A stretch of DNA of 62,039 nucleotides, filler included, from Dugesia japonica (taxonomy: Eukaryota), in NCBI GenBank assembly GCA_001938525.1. It is 5 parts of 5 records of this genome, joined end to end, with 100 filler letters (N's around TTAATTAATTAA, not from the genome) between each part and the next. Parts side by side here need not be neighbours in the genome. Positions count along the whole stretch, not along the records: positions 1 to 14,824 come from MQRL01580506.1; 4 more parts are not named here. The stretch is one strand, 5' to 3'. The notes under the pieces are model-generated. The model saw only the letters and a program-made list of their open reading frames with translations, ran no database searches and had not been told where the DNA came from. Positions within the stretch are counted from its first letter, which is position 1; each line of letters begins with the position of its first letter. The position numbers and the translations under genes were made by a program. Below are positions 1 through 13,391 of the stretch, one piece after another.

Positions 1-191
1 AAAAAAAAATGATCCGATCAAAAAAAAATCTGATCAAAAAAAATTTGATCCCAAAAATCATACCACCAGAAATAGTACCCTCAAAAATAGTGCCCTCATC
101 GTAATGTGTTTCCGAGCCCCCCCCCGGGGGGGAGGGGGGGGGTCCGCCCAGTGCCATGCATGTGCGGGCAGTGTGCTACTATCCCCCTACT
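1..191 (-). mobile_element. Polinton/Maverick-type terminal inverted repeat (right end; element extends off the window's left edge)
   Basis: GC-rich island ending ...gtgtgctactatccccctact (rc AGTAGGGGGATAGTAGCACAC). Colinear with 16310-16434 (cccaaaaatcata...cgtaatgtgtt..cgagc.ccccc...gctactatc.ccctact). Confidence 0.75.
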
Positions 192-1760
192 CTTTATTCT
201 CTACTCTAGTTCTTATTTCCAAGGTATCTTTAGTTATTTAATTTTGGTCTTGCTCTTTCTCGATATCTTGCTCTTCTCTTGGTTTTGTGGCTTCCTGATT
301 AACTTCTTTTGTTTCTTCCTTTATCTGCAGCATATTTATCATTTTCATATGAGCTTCCAGTTTTGGTTTTTCAATCCGGAATGTAGCAAAATNCAATTTT
401 GTCCCAATTAACAATTTCGGCATTAAATCTGTTCCCAATACTGCATCTACATTGGTTTTCATTACAAAGAATTGGAGCTTTATTGCTTTTTCTTGAAGTT
501 GTGCATTGCATTCTAATGTTCCAATGATCTACACGGTTTCCCCATTAACACATGTTGCTCTGGTTGTATAGGGTTTTATTTCTTTTCTTTTGTTTCGGTA
601 TATATTTTTTATATTCAATACTGATCGGGATGCTCCCGTATCTAAAATTGTTTTCAGTGATTGGTTGTTGATTCGTACTATTAGTGAAAGGCTAAATTCG
701 CCATCTTGAGTTTCTACTACGGCTATTTGCTCATTTTGTTCATATACGTTAGGTTCTGTGTTTGTTTTATCTTCTGGGGTTATTTTATTCTCATTTTGCA
801 CGATTTCTTCTGGTGAGTTTTGTCCTCCATTGAGCTTTAGTTCGGCTAGGGCTTCTCTTAGTCGAGTGATTTTTTGATGATTACGTTTTATTTATTCGCG
901 TAACTGATGGTTTTCCTTGGACAGGATTCCTGCTACCTCTTTATTCCCGGTATTTTCAGCATCTTTATCTTGCTGTATTTGATGCATTTGTACATATTTA
1001 ATTGGAAAACGATTTTCTTCGTAATTAAGACTTCTTCTGGCTTCTGTTAGATTCCTTGGTCCTGCAAGGTCTATTCTGTGTCGACATAGTCTTGCGATAT
1101 GGCCCTGTTTTCCACAGATATAACACACTTTATTTTTTATTTGACAATCTTTAGCTTGGTGCCCTNGTTTGTTACAATTGTAACATTTTTAAACTCGCTG
1201 AGTCTTTGGTAATACTTTGTTAATTCCTCTCAGGTACTTTGATTCTTAGCATGTTCAATTTTGTTGATTCTTTACTTTGGTTCACACTTTGTTGGCTTTG
1301 AGATATGTCAACTTCGTTATCATATCTTCAACTTTGATCTTCTTCTATTCTGATTCTCTTAAGTAGACATTTCTTTTCTGGGTGCCCCTTCTTTCCGCAT
1401 TTACTACAATATCTTTGCCAGCATTTATCCACCTGGTGATTTTTCCGACCACAAACGCTGCAAAATGTATAAATGATTGTACACTAATTGGTACTGTGGT
1501 GAGTACTCACACAATTTTGGCATCTATTTTGCTTATATATTGCTCCTTGACTAACGGTTTTTTTCCCGATAATTAGTCGTTGTTCTGCTAATACTTTATT
1601 CATTGCTTTTGCTTTTAATATAGCCGTAGGATTTATATATCACGTAAGGATTCCCCGTGATACTGTTCTAATGATTTTCTTTGCATATTTCTAAAAAAAA
1701 TATAATTACACACTAATTTACTTGGATAGTGCCAATTGGTACAACGATCTCCGACTCGAT
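192..1760 (-). pseudogene. LTR-retroelement gag-protease remnant (two CCHC knuckles, aspartic protease), cut off by the Polinton end
   Basis: CYNCNKxGHQAKDC (~1145-1185), CYICGKQGHIARLC (ORF 892-1128) and ILDTGASRSVL (ORF 529-801); stops and frameshifts present; no RT before base 191. Confidence 0.8.
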
Positions 1761-3014
1761 TGTGCTTGCTCCAATGAATGTTTGGTACCTGTAACACATT
1801 AATTAAATTTTTTTTTATAATCCCCGTTACTATTTACCCTTTAATCTAAGTCATACACTTGTTAAAGTCATTTTTCATCTCTTCATCCAAACTCGGTTTT
1901 TTTAAATTCGACGTTCTTCGTGGAACTCTTTGTTAGGGCTGCTGATAAATATCTACTCGTTTTATGCTGATTTACTATTACTGGGGGTTCATTTTAAAGT
2001 CGCATTTTAACCCTTTGATGTCCTTCGTATTTATTTTGCAGTAACTGACTGATTTTGTATCTATTATCAATTTTGTACCTTGATTCAATAGCTAATTTTA
2101 TAGTTTGATTTAGTATNNNNNNNNNNATTTGATTTAATAATTGCTTTATTACCTATTAGTAATTTGCTTATGAGATACAATCACTCCGTTGTAATTTACT
2201 TATGTAATATGCTTATGAGAAATATTAACTTTTTGTAATCCGCCCTTTAGATACAATATTTATTTTACTTTATTTTATTTTATTTTATTGTAATAATCTT
2301 TGTAATTTCACTCTTGAACTGTAATGATCTTTATATAATTTTGCTGTCTACAACGTAATATCCTTTTGGAATTTACTCTTGAAATATAATACTTTACGTA
2401 ATTGGCTGCTGAACTGTTATGCTCTTTGTATACCTTGCTGTCTAAAACATAATATCTTTTCGTGATTTCCTTTTGAAATACAATACTTATTTGCAATTCG
2501 CTTCTGAACTGTAACAATCGGTATATAACTTTGTCTAACACGTAATATCCTTTTATAATTTACTCTTGAGTATACCTATTGCCATTTTTATTTTCGATAC
2601 TAGGTGTTTCACCCCAACACTATCATCACGTATATTGATTTTTATATTGTTTATATGTGTAGAAAAAATAGGTAAGTACATTGGATTTTCAACAATTATT
2701 TGAACTACTTTATCATCCTTATGTAAGTCTATTCATACTGATTTAAATAAAAGAACATTAACACTACCAACCATAATAGTTTCAACAATACTTCAATAAA
2801 AAAAGTCAATTCCTGACAAAGACAAGGTCGAAATATCGAATTGTTATCCAATATCAATAAATAAAACCNNNNNNNNNNNNNNNNNNNNNNNNNNNNNNNN
2901 NNNNNNNNNNNNNNNNNNNNNNNNNNNNNNNNNNCGCAATAATTGCAATTGTAAAACATAGAAATGTTGTTCAGATTTTAATTGGTTTTGAGTTGTTTAT
3001 TATTATGATTTTTT

Positions 3015-3360
3015 TTGTAGAAATTATATTATGACATTCCTTTATTAGAAATTATTTTATACAAATTTTTTATAAAATTATTTTATTAAAATTTCATTAC
3101 GAAATCTTCTTATTAAAAATTATATTAATTAAATTGTTTTAATAGAAATTATATATAAAAATGTTTTATTAAAATTTTATAATAAAAACGTTTTATGAAA
3201 ATTATTTTGAAAATATTTAATTAAAAATTTTTTTTAGTATCAAATGAAATCTATTTCGTGAAAATATTAATTTAAAAAATCTATGAAATTAAATTTATTC
3301 TGGAAATTATTTCATGAGTTGAAATATAATCTATGAAAATTACTTCTTGAAAATATTAAA
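3015..3360. repeat. Degenerate AT-rich tandem repeat (~15-18 bp, aaattattttat-like)
   Basis: Recurrent agaaattatattat / agaaattattttat / aaaattattttatt units. Confidence 0.5.
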
Positions 3361-3753
3361 ATGATATAATTTTTAATGATGAATAATGATTAAATAAAAA
3401 TATATTAATTCAGAAAAATGTTCACAATACAGAAATTACTATACGAATGATAGCTATAAAGGTGATTGTCATAGTAAAATTGAAAAATACTATGGCCAAT
3501 ACGTTTAAATGGGGAAAAAATATTATATTTGACCTACATTAGGACTTAAGATATAGATACATATTTAAATTTCTATAGTTTGCATTCAAGTCACAGCACA
3601 GTTTAGTGAACTTAAGAAAATTTTATTAATAAAGGAAATCATAGACAGTGATGTACAAGCTCCTTTAACTAAGAAAAAGAAAAAGATGAAATTGTCGTTA
3701 TAGATAATGAAAATGTGAACGAATTAAAATTTCAACGGAAAAAAGATATTTTT

Positions 3754-4286
3754 TTAATTTCTATCTCCATCATTTATAATATCTTCAAACATCGCTCCAC
3801 CAGTTTCATTTTGATTTTTTCTTGATTTCTTATTTTTAAAATTATTTAAATTTGAACTGGGATTACTTGAAATGGAATTACTTTTTAATTTTGTTGATAT
3901 AAAACTATTTATTTTGTCAGTTAAAGTATATTTGGGTAAAACTTCTATCAATTCAAATGTATTAGTTTTAATATTAAAAACATGATCTCCATAATTATTT
4001 TTCATAAATTTATTTGTTTGTTCATTAAATAAATATTTTACCCTTTGATATCTTTTTACTTTTGGTTTTAAATTTAACTCCCTTAAAGTTTTATTTAAAG
4101 CTTGAATTGTAATTCCCATTTCTTTAGCAATGTCTGAATCTTTAAAGTTGGTTTTTTAAAACATAATTCTTGATATTTTTCAGCTAAATAAATTTTCTGA
4201 GATTTAATAAATAATGTTGAATCAAATGAATTTGCACAATTAATTGAATCAATAACATTAACACTCAAATCTTTTATACTTTCCAT
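3754..4286 (-). pseudogene. Polinton accessory gene with helix-turn-helix, one frameshift near 4150
   Basis: ORFs 4095-4286 and 3754-4119 join to give ...LCFKK/NFKDSDIAKEMGITIQALNKTLRELNL, an HTH-like pattern; lies downstream of PolB on the same strand. Confidence 0.55.
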
Positions 4287-4530
4287 TTTCTTTAGAGAAA
4301 AAATAATAATTTATAAGTAGAATTATATTTGAGATTAAATTTTCAATTACATAAACAATTATATATGGAATTGCAATTGGAATTAAACAAACAATTATAC
4401 AAATGATAATAATTAAAAATATAATTAAATTTTTTTGTTGTTCAAATATTTTATTTAAGTTAATATAATTTTTTGCAAAACTATACATTTCTTTAGTATT
4501 CATCTCTTTAGTATTTATTTCACTAGTCAT
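4258..4530 (-). CDS. Small membrane protein (Polinton accessory gene)
   Basis: 90-aa ORF with AAAATG start and a long hydrophobic stretch (LIIFLIIIICIIVCLIPIAIPYIIVYVI); tightly packed with neighbouring ORFs. Confidence 0.45.
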   Translation of the reverse strand: MTSEINTKEMNTKEMYSFAKNYINLNKIFEQQKNLIIFLIIIICIIVCLIPIAIPYIIVYVIENLISNIILLINYYFFSKENGKYKRFEC

Positions 4531-4648
4531 TTTATATAATAATTTATTAAAGTGTTTGTTTTGTTTTCTTATTTAGTTTTCTGATTGTATCTTTTATTTG
4601 TTTATTTTTAATATTATTATTTTCGATTTTACTTTTAAGCTTTTCATT

Positions 4649-4900
4649 TTAAATTTTAAGATTTTCATTTTGGCACTTGGCATTTTCTAAGTCACTTTGT
4701 AATTTATTAATTTTATTATCAGCTAAACTAATTACTTGTTTATATAATCCAAACTTTGGGTAAATTTCCTTTAAAACTATACTTTGTTCTTTTAATGTGA
4801 AATTAATAACTTTGGTATACTCTTGTTTTAAATAGTTCTTAAATTCTGTATGTTTTTTTGCATCTTTAATAATCACACTTATGTTTTCTCTAGTAGCCAT
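4649..4900 (-). CDS. Small hypothetical protein with coiled-coil-like C-terminus (Polinton accessory gene)
   Basis: Likely start ttaaaATG at 4900 (MATRENIS...); directly downstream of PolB. Confidence 0.45.
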   Translation of the reverse strand: MATRENISVIIKDAKKHTEFKNYLKQEYTKVINFTLKEQSIVLKEIYPKFGLYKQVISLADNKINKLQSDLENAKCQNENLKI

Positions 4901-5125
4901 TTTAACAAGTTGAAAAATGTGCCCGCTGGCACAGGTTTTATATTTAATAAGCAAGAATGGGTCCCATCCTATTTCTATTTTGAATTCCTCATTTTTACCC
5001 TTTAAAATCCCAAAGGGTCCCGTCCCCAGATTAAAATTTAATTTTAATTGTTACCGTGGTCACCACTTTATTTATATTAAACAATTTTCCCCTAATAATT
5101 TATCTAATCTTAAATGCCATTCACT

Positions 5126-8100
5126 TCAAGTTTCACATTTAAATTTATTACCATGGGGCCAAGTCNNNNNNNNNNNNNNNNNNNNNNNNNNNNNNNNNNN
5201 NNNNNNNNNNNNNNNNNNNNNNNNNNNNNNNNNNNNNNNNNNNNNNNNNNNNNNNNNNNNNNNNNNNNNNNNNNNNNNNNNNNNAATTTCTTTAGGGTTA
5301 CTTAAAACTTTATCATAATCCTCCATTCCTAATTTATTAGTTTAAGAAACACCTTTATGTTTGGTTTCTATATTTTTTTATTTTGGGATCCACAATCTTC
5401 AATTATATAACTTTTAGCTTTTATAAAATTACATTTAGTTATTACTGAATTTGGTTTTTCATCTTTCATCTGGAATAAATTATTTCCTAATAAACTTGTT
5501 ACTTTATTTAAATTCTCTTGTTCTTTTATTTCTAAAAAAATTGAATCAGTATCTGAATAATGAATTTTGTATTTTCCAGGAATATTTACATTTATTTGAT
5601 TATAAATAAAGTCATAAATTACTTCCTTTGCATATTCCAAAAAAGTAAATCCAATGTATTGAAACTTGTTATATTTTAATTTAGTTTTATAAAGATGAAT
5701 AGCCGCTGTTTTAGCTTCTTGAGGATCTGTTTCTCCAGAAAATATTTTACTTGATTTAAAGTTTATCTTTGAAGTGAATTTCTGATAATCTTTATCATTT
5801 CCAANNATTTCAACATTACACCTGTTTCTTATATTTTCTAATGTTTTCCCGTAAAAGGCATTATTTAATAATTTAAAGAAGACATCGCCAAAAACATCGT
5901 TTGTTCTTTTAGCTTCATTTCTCTGATCGATATTAAATTGAATGTAATCCTTTAACCAAGGTTTTGTAGTCATTTTATATTTAGTATGAATTTTTTTTTA
6001 TTTTCATTCTTAGAGATAAATACAAATCTAATGTTGATCCTAAAATAACATAATTTTGTTTATCAAATTGATTCAATGTTAATTCGATATTTTTCTTACT
6101 CAACTTTTTATCAAAAGATAATTGATAAGGTACTAACATTTCTTTTGTAACATTTAAAGGATCTGGAGCTAATGGAAAGTATTTAGTCTTTTAATGAATC
6201 TCTTTTGGATATTCCAAATCAACTTCATAAACATAATTAATTTTATCTGTTGATTTAATATATTTTAAATCCTTACATTCATAGATTTCACCTGTTGGTA
6301 ATGGTTTTGTCATACAACTGGCATACAAAGAATTCTCATCTNAATATTTTAAAAATGTTTCTTCAAAATAATCATCTGGAAGATATTGTTCAGGATTTCA
6401 AAATATATTTAATAAATCATCTAATTGAGCATTATTTATTTTTTTATTTTTTCTTTTCCAAAAACTTGTCTTTCTTCGCAAACACCAGAATAACCACCTT
6501 TAACTCCTCTTTTAATTTTAATAAATCTATCATAAGTTGCTTTTTGAGCATATTTTAATTTTACTTGAGTAAATTTCATACCTGCCTTCCAAGTTAGAAC
6601 TGGAGCTGAATAACAATAACTTGGATCAATTTGATAATTATTTAAACATGTTTCTCTAAAACTTTCAAAGTAATCAGCTAAAATAATTACATCTATTTTC
6701 ATGTAATGTAACATGTATTCCCAAAGATTATTGAATTCATTAAAATCTTGTAAAAATTCATTGTATTCTTGATCAGTTATTTTCTTTTGTCTTAATATAT
6801 TGAAAAAATCTTTTTCTGTTGGTGGATGGTTTCTTTTTAATAATTCAATTACTTCATTTATATTTTCTCCTTTTAAATATTCAAAAGGAAATGGAATTTT
6901 CTTCNGANCTAAATTAAAAGATTTTAAATGATTATATTTTCCTGATTGATTTAACGTTTCCCCCATTTTCTCAANTGAAGTAAGAGTACACATTCTTAAT
7001 GAATCTAAAAATCTAATTGAGGGTTCTTTAGGTTTTCCAAATTCAAAGGAAATGTAAACTTCATCACTATGAGAAATTATTTTTCTAACTTCTTTTGGAT
7101 ATTTTATTAATTATTCTTTAAAAAATAAATGATTATCATATCCAGACGCATTGTGAAAGTAAAAACGAATAAATAAATTTTTTATCGATTTATCTTGTAA
7201 ATTACATTTAGAATGTGAATAACCTCTAAATTCACCATTGAAATGATCGTGATCAATTACTGGAGTTTCAGATCCCATTTCTTTATCACAATATGTACAA
7301 TTTTGATTATTAAATTCTGGATGGTTAGTTCCAGTATAAGTTTCGATTAATTTATGTTCTTTAATGTCTTTTAATTTGTTAATAAGTCTATTTAAAAATT
7401 CAAAGAAATCTTGATGAATTTTTTCTCCATAAAATTCTTTGTATTCATTTTGAATTAAATTTTGATATTTACTTACTATATAAATACCAAGAGAAAGTGG
7501 TTTTTGTTTTCTGGTTGATGAATTAGTCCAACTTTCAAAGTCTCCATAAATTACAAAAGGTATTTTATTTTTGTAATAATAATTCTGATAATAATAACTA
7601 TAATTTTTAGAAAAAACTACATTACTAATTTCATGATTAATTATTCTTTTTGATGATTAATTAATAAGTCTTTGCTATAATAACAATTCATACATCTANT
7701 ACACAAATGATTTTTATTTCTATTTTTTGTAAAAAACACTTCTATATCTCTAAATAAAATATAATGGTTTTTACAAACTAATAAATTACATTTATTTTCT
7801 TCTGGTTTGGGTTTAGTTTCATAATGCAAAATATACAAAGGTTCAAGTTGTTTAGACTCGGTTTCAACAAATGCATTTATTTTCCATTTTATTTAACTTT
7901 TCAAATTTTTTTACATTACAAATATGGACAGGGAATTTAATTCCAAATGTATTTATTTCATCTAAATAAGGAATATATTTTTCTACTCTAGTTGGATCAC
8001 TACATATATGTTTATGGGCTAAAAGTGAATAGAGAAAACATTTTTCATCTTTATTTTTAATATTAATTACACCTTGTTTAGAAAAAGGTAAGTTTCGATA

Positions 8101-8890
8101 AGATTATTTCCCTCCAGCTAAAGATTGATATTTTGAAAGTTCAATTTTATAATAAACTATATAATTTAGATTCCATACTGGTTGACTTCTATCTTCCTCT
8201 TTAATGTATCTTTGAAGTTGATTTAAAATATCATTAACTTTATCATTAATTTCACTTGCTAATGTAATTTGTTTATTTCTTGAATACGAATTAAAAATTC
8301 TTTCGACTTCTTCACCGTTTACATCTTTATTATAATTACAATTTACACTTATTCGGACAATAATCTTTTTTCCATAGTTGAAATATTTTGTAATAATTTC
8401 TTGGATTTCTTTCTGAAATTCCTTAATTATTTTTACTTGTATTTTTAAACTTTCAACATTTCTAGTTAACTCAACTTTACTTTCTTTAATATATTCAATT
8501 TCATAGGTTTTTGGTACATTCTGAAGATGTCTCAAATTTCTGGATTGAAATCAATTACTTCTTCTCCAGGTAATTCTTCAAATAATATTTTGTTGACCAT
8601 TTCTTTATGTGACTTTGAATTAAAATGGGCTTTTGCATGAGTTTGTCTTGAAAACCTTTATTACAAACTTCACAAAACAACGAAACCTTCTCTAAATTTC
8701 CACAATCAGTAGAATTCAAATGTTCCGTCAATTACCTCATAGTTCTAAAAGTTTTTAGAAATTTTGAACAATTAAATCTTGCTCTGTCTAAAAGACAACA
8801 TCTTGATTCAATATGACCTGCTAATCCTGATTTATTTTTAAAAACCTTTTTACAAAGATTATTTCGGCAAATCAACTGATTACTAACCAT
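5126..8890 (-). pseudogene. Protein-primed family B DNA polymerase of a Polinton, near full length, with frameshifts and stops
   Basis: N-terminal C2H2-like fingers; VINIKNKDEKCFLYSLLA; PFVIYGDFE (ExoI); DHDHFNGEFRGYSHSKCNL (endonuclease-VII-like insert); FHNASGYDNHLF (ExoII); YMKIDVIILADYFESFR (ExoIII); FFKLLNNAFYGKT (motif B); YSDTDS (motif C); KAKSY; C-terminal TWPHG. Confidence 0.92.
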
Positions 8891-9171
8891 TTTAACTATA
8901 AACAATTTAATTGAATAGTTTTTTTCAATGAATTTAGATTTTTCAAAATTCAAANNNNNNNNNNNNNNNNNNNNNNNNNNNNNNNNNNNNNNNNNNNNNN
9001 GAGTAATGGAGAAACTACGACTTGCCGATAGAAATGTATATCCAGAATATCCACTGGCACTGGGATTAAAATCGCGCATCAAATTAATATACCAAAACTA
9101 GAGTAATCTTTTATGCCAAATGGAGGGTTTGGAGGGTCGGTGCTGCAGTCGAGTCGTAGTTTCTCCATTAC

Positions 9172-10180
9172 TTGAAGTATTGCAAAACGATAACTCCGCC
9201 ATATGTAATATATGCTGATTTCGAATCCGTATTGGCACCTGACGAGAAATATTTTCTGAAACATTTACCCTTTTCAACTGGACTGTTATTGGTAACCAAC
9301 TTTACCAACCAAGTAAAATACAGTCAGTTTATTAGAAACGACTCTATAAATGATTTTTTGAAGAGTATTGAAGAAATCAGCAATAATATTGTTTACCCTT
9401 ATTATATGAAAAGGGAAAAATGAAGTTACAATTAAATGCAGCACAAGAAACGGTATTCACAGCAGCAACTATGTGTTATTTGTGTAAAAACGAATTAGAA
9501 ACTCCTGTTCGAAATCATGACCACTTTACAGGAGAGTATATGGGCCCAGCATATTATAAATGTAATTTAAGTTGAAGAATAAATATACAACTTCCTGTTG
9601 TATTTCAAAATCTCAGAAGATNTGATCTGTATCATATTATCAAATATGGCTTAAATAAATTTTTAGAATCGAACATCTCATGTATTCCAACAACATATGA
9701 AAAGTTTCTATCTTTGATGGTTCATCAATCGTAAACCACAATCAGATTCATCGACAGTTATCAATTTATTAATTTTTCATTGGACATGGCAGTAAAATCA
9801 TTAAAATTGTTAGCTTTAAAGAAAAATGAATTCAAAGATAGATGAATAGAAATATCAAAAATAATATTTCCATTTAATCATGCTACCAGTTTGCAAGTTC
9901 TGGATGAAACAACAAGCATGCCACGGCGATTGGATGAAGTGGACAAACTGGAATATACAAAATAATTGGAAATTTGATAAATAACTGGCTGTAAGAACCT
10001 ATTGAACTATTTGCTTATATATTTAAAGTTGGATGTCTTCCTATTAGCCGACCTTGTTTCACAGTTTTAGGCGAAGTCATAGGAGCATAATAAATTGGAG
10101 CCATTAACATTCTTCGGTATCTTGGGTATGAGTTTGGCATCAGCATTGATGTCATTAGATGAGCCAATCGACATTGTTAT
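9172..10180 (+). pseudogene. Second, divergent Polinton pPolB (exonuclease half only, heavily decayed)
   Basis: PPYVIYADFESVL; CYLCK...VRNHDHFTGEYMGPA..KCNL; IRFIDSYQF; YLKLDVFLLADL. Breaks off near 10180 into an unrelated gene tail ending at 10319. Confidence 0.85.
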
Positions 10181-10658
10181 GGANATTTATAACAATTATT
10201 ACAATGAAGTTATGGAATGTGAAGATTGTGCTGAAAGGAAGGAAACTTTGAAACGAAACTTTCTTGAATCTATATATTCAGAATGTACTAAAAACATTGT
10301 TAATTATGTTGTAAGATAAAGTTTTGTGTTTATTCTTGCTTGTTCAATTCACTTTTTATTTAGTTGTAATAAAAAGATTTATTTAATTAAGCTCAATTTT
10401 CACTAGGAAAAAAACATTTTAATATATGAGTTCATGTTATATTCTTATTTTACTTTTTCATTTCCTATAATTCAACAATAAATTTCTCTTTTAGTACATG
10501 ATCCACGTTTATCTCGCGTAACAGTAAAATAAAAATGAAGTGTTTAAATNTTCAGATTTTAGAAGAGGATAATTTGAACCTGTTTTATTTGAATAAATAT
10601 TATTTTAGTAATTTATCAGAAGCTGATTTCAGTATATTTTAAATCAAATTTATTCAAC

Positions 10659-12547
10659 ATGGTTCAGAAGCTGCCAAGCTTTCATATTGGAGATGATTCT
10701 GCAAAACACCATCAGGAATTTAATAACCACATTCTTAATTTAAAGATCGAAGATGGTAATGAAAAAATTAGATATTTTATTAATTCCTTAGAACAAGATA
10801 TCCAATATGATTTTTTTTCTTTACCAGATTACCAGAAGGTAAAATGTCACTTTACTTTGTGAACTAATAAATTTATAGAATTATACAAAGTTACAGATTC
10901 GAGGATTTCTCCTATTACCAAACTTTTACAGATTAAGCAAAATGAACTCTCTTTAAGAGAATTTATTACAAAACTGAGAGTTTATTTATTTAAAAGACAA
11001 ATAGAATTGAACAATGAGGACAGAGAAAAGACTTTAATATTCGCTTTTTTATTTGGATTGAACGATAAAAAAGTGGCAGCAGCAGTTCAATTTCTTAAGC
11101 CAGAATTATTAGACGAAGCTTATAACTTTGTAAAGAAAAGAAGTTAAAAACGAAAGTAACAAAAATCTGAGAAAATTAAAACCCAACATGACTTATCAGA
11201 TGAAGTTCGTTTACTAAAACCGGAGGGAACAAAATTGGAACAAATGATAGCCAGGCTATCTAGAGATATAAAGAACGGAAGATATAGATCTGTAGTGAAC
11301 ACAAGGACTAATAATGAAAGTCGNNNNNNNNNNNNNNNNNNNNNNNNNNNNNNNNNNNNNNNNNNNNNNNNNNNNNNNNNNNNNNNNNNNNNNNNNNAAA
11401 AACTAATTATGTGTAAAAAATGCAAAATGGTTGGTCATTTAGATCAATTTTGCAGAACAAGAAATATGAAAAACTCAGATATATTAATGAAAATGATAGT
11501 GAAAATATGGACTCTGGCGAAATCAGATTGATTTCAACGAGATCAGAAATATCCAGCACGGAGATCAAAAACGCGAAACAAAAAAAGGTAATAAAAAATA
11601 ATTGTTATACTAAAGAAGTTATGAATTTAGATAAATACATCGACGGGCAAGAAGCCATAACTAAGTTTAAAAATAAAGCAAAAACACTTATTTCAGAGAA
11701 TCACTCAGAATTTGCTCAAAATAAGTCTTTGGTTCAAGTGAGAATAAAACAAAAATGGGTAGCGACACTAATGATAGTGGGCAGAATCAAATGTACTAGT
11801 TTATAATTTATTATGTGGATTGAGAAAAAGTAACAAACAGATTAAATTTTTAAAAGAACAGAAAGAATGTACTGTGCAAACGAATTGCCATGAAAATCAT
11901 GGGGGTTGCGAAGATTGAACTAGTAATTGNNNNNNNNNNNNNNNNNNNNNNNNNNNNNNNNNNNNNNNNNNNNNNNNNNNNNNNNNNNNNNNNNNNTAAA
12001 TCGATAAAAACACACAGAATTTAAATTGTGCCACAGGATGACTTTATATATATAAGGAATCAAGCTATACCATTTGTATCAAATGTTTGTGATGAAAGAG
12101 CGGAAAACTAACAAACACCAATCTTTGGAGTCACGATTCAGGTGCTAGAAAAAACGAGACTCAATATTGATCTTTAAGCATCATTTTGGACGAAACAGTA
12201 GTTTTAAAAAAGTATAAAGAATATTTTGTACGTGGATCAGTGGACTGTGATGAATTCAAAAGTAAAGAAGGAATCTTTGTAGGTTTTAAAGATAAACTAG
12301 CAAATTTAGATATATTGTCAGCTAATTCGATAGTGTCTGTTGACAACGACGGACTTTACAATTCATAGATTCCGAAAGAAAAATTTATGAAGGCACAAGA
12401 ATGTGTAGTTTAGAAATCTGGGAAAAAAGCGAGTTCATCAGAAATGTTTATTTAGATAAATTAGAGGTGTTTCATGTAAACGGATTGATTGATAGAATTG
12501 AAAAAGAAGACGACATTCCTTTAGAACATAAAAAAAGGTTAAGAGAT
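10659..12547 (+). pseudogene. Gag-protease remnant of an LTR retroelement, cut off by a Polinton terminus
   Basis: Gag-like LLQIKQNELSLREFITKLR; knuckle CKKCKMVGHLDQFC; frameshifted DSG-AESNV protease motif near 11773; no RT before 12548. Confidence 0.7.
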
Positions 12548-12846
12548 AGTAGATGTATAAAGGCGCAAATGAGCACCCCACCCCCAGGGCCATAAATTTT
12601 TTTTTTTATAGGCACCCACCCCCAGGGGGTAAAAAACTAATTTTTTTTTAGTGATATTTTTAGTGATATTTTTAGTGGTGGGTGATAATAAAAAGTTATA
12701 AAAAAAAGTGGTAGGGTAATAAAAAAATGTTATTTAGTAGTTTTTTTTCACTTACCACCCATCGTTTGTAGAATGTAGAATGTAGAATGTCGCTTGTCGC
12801 TTATCGTTTGTAGAATGTAGAATGTAGAATGTCGCCTGTCGCTTAT
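12548..12846 (+). mobile_element. Polinton-type left terminus with subterminal repeats
   Basis: Starts AGTAGATGTATAAAGGCGC. Contains two cacccacccccaggg boxes, three tttttagtg(ata) units, and a 42-bp unit x2 (12761-12844) built from gtagaat/gtcgctt heptamers. Confidence 0.65.
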
Positions 12847-12867
12847 TTTTTGTCGATTATATTAAAA

Positions 12868-12960
12868 TTAGTAGCCAAATGGTAGAGTAGTTATTCCATC
12901 TTCTAGAATAAATCTTTTATCATCAAATGAAGTTAATGCTTGTTTATCTTGTTTAGTTTG
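12868..12960 (-). pseudogene. C-terminal 30 aa of a Polinton pPolB (deletion stub)
   Basis: Hand translation QTKQDKQALTSFDDKRFILEDGITTLPFGY*, the characteristic AL.S.DDKR.I..DGI.TLP.G terminus. Confidence 0.85.
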
Positions 12961-13371
12961 TTAATTTAATGGTTTTTTAATATCTCTTTCAATAATTTTT
13001 AAAAAATCTTTATTAGGAATAGAATTATAATTCTTTAATTTAATTGGTTGTTCAACTTTAATTGATTGCTCAACTTTAATTGGGTTTTCTTTCTTTTTAA
13101 TCTTAACTTTACTATTAGATTTCAATTGTTGTTGTTGTTCATAGTCTAATTTATATTTATTAAAGACTTCTTCATTATCCTTTGGGATGAATTTTCCTTG
13201 CTCATTTCTTTCTCTAATAATAATTTTCTTTCTCTTGTTATAGGGAATATTAAATAAATTTAAATATTTTCTTACAGCTTTCTCTCCAACATTATTAATT
13301 TTACAAAAATTGCTTACTGAATTATTTTTGAAGTCGTAATGATATAAACTCTTAATAAACTGCTCATCCAT
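12961..13371 (-). CDS. Basic HTH-like DNA-binding protein, 136 aa
   Basis: Open ORF with SVSNFCKINNVGEKAVRKYLNLFNIP pattern; homologous copy at 22657-22840. Confidence 0.7.
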   Translation of the reverse strand: MDEQFIKSLYHYDFKNNSVSNFCKINNVGEKAVRKYLNLFNIPYNKRKKIIIRERNEQGKFIPKDNEEVFNKYKLDYEQQQQLKSNSKVKIKKKENPIKVEQSIKVEQPIKLKNYNSIPNKDFLKIIERDIKKPLN

Positions 13372-13391
13372 TTTTAGTAGTAAAAAAATTT

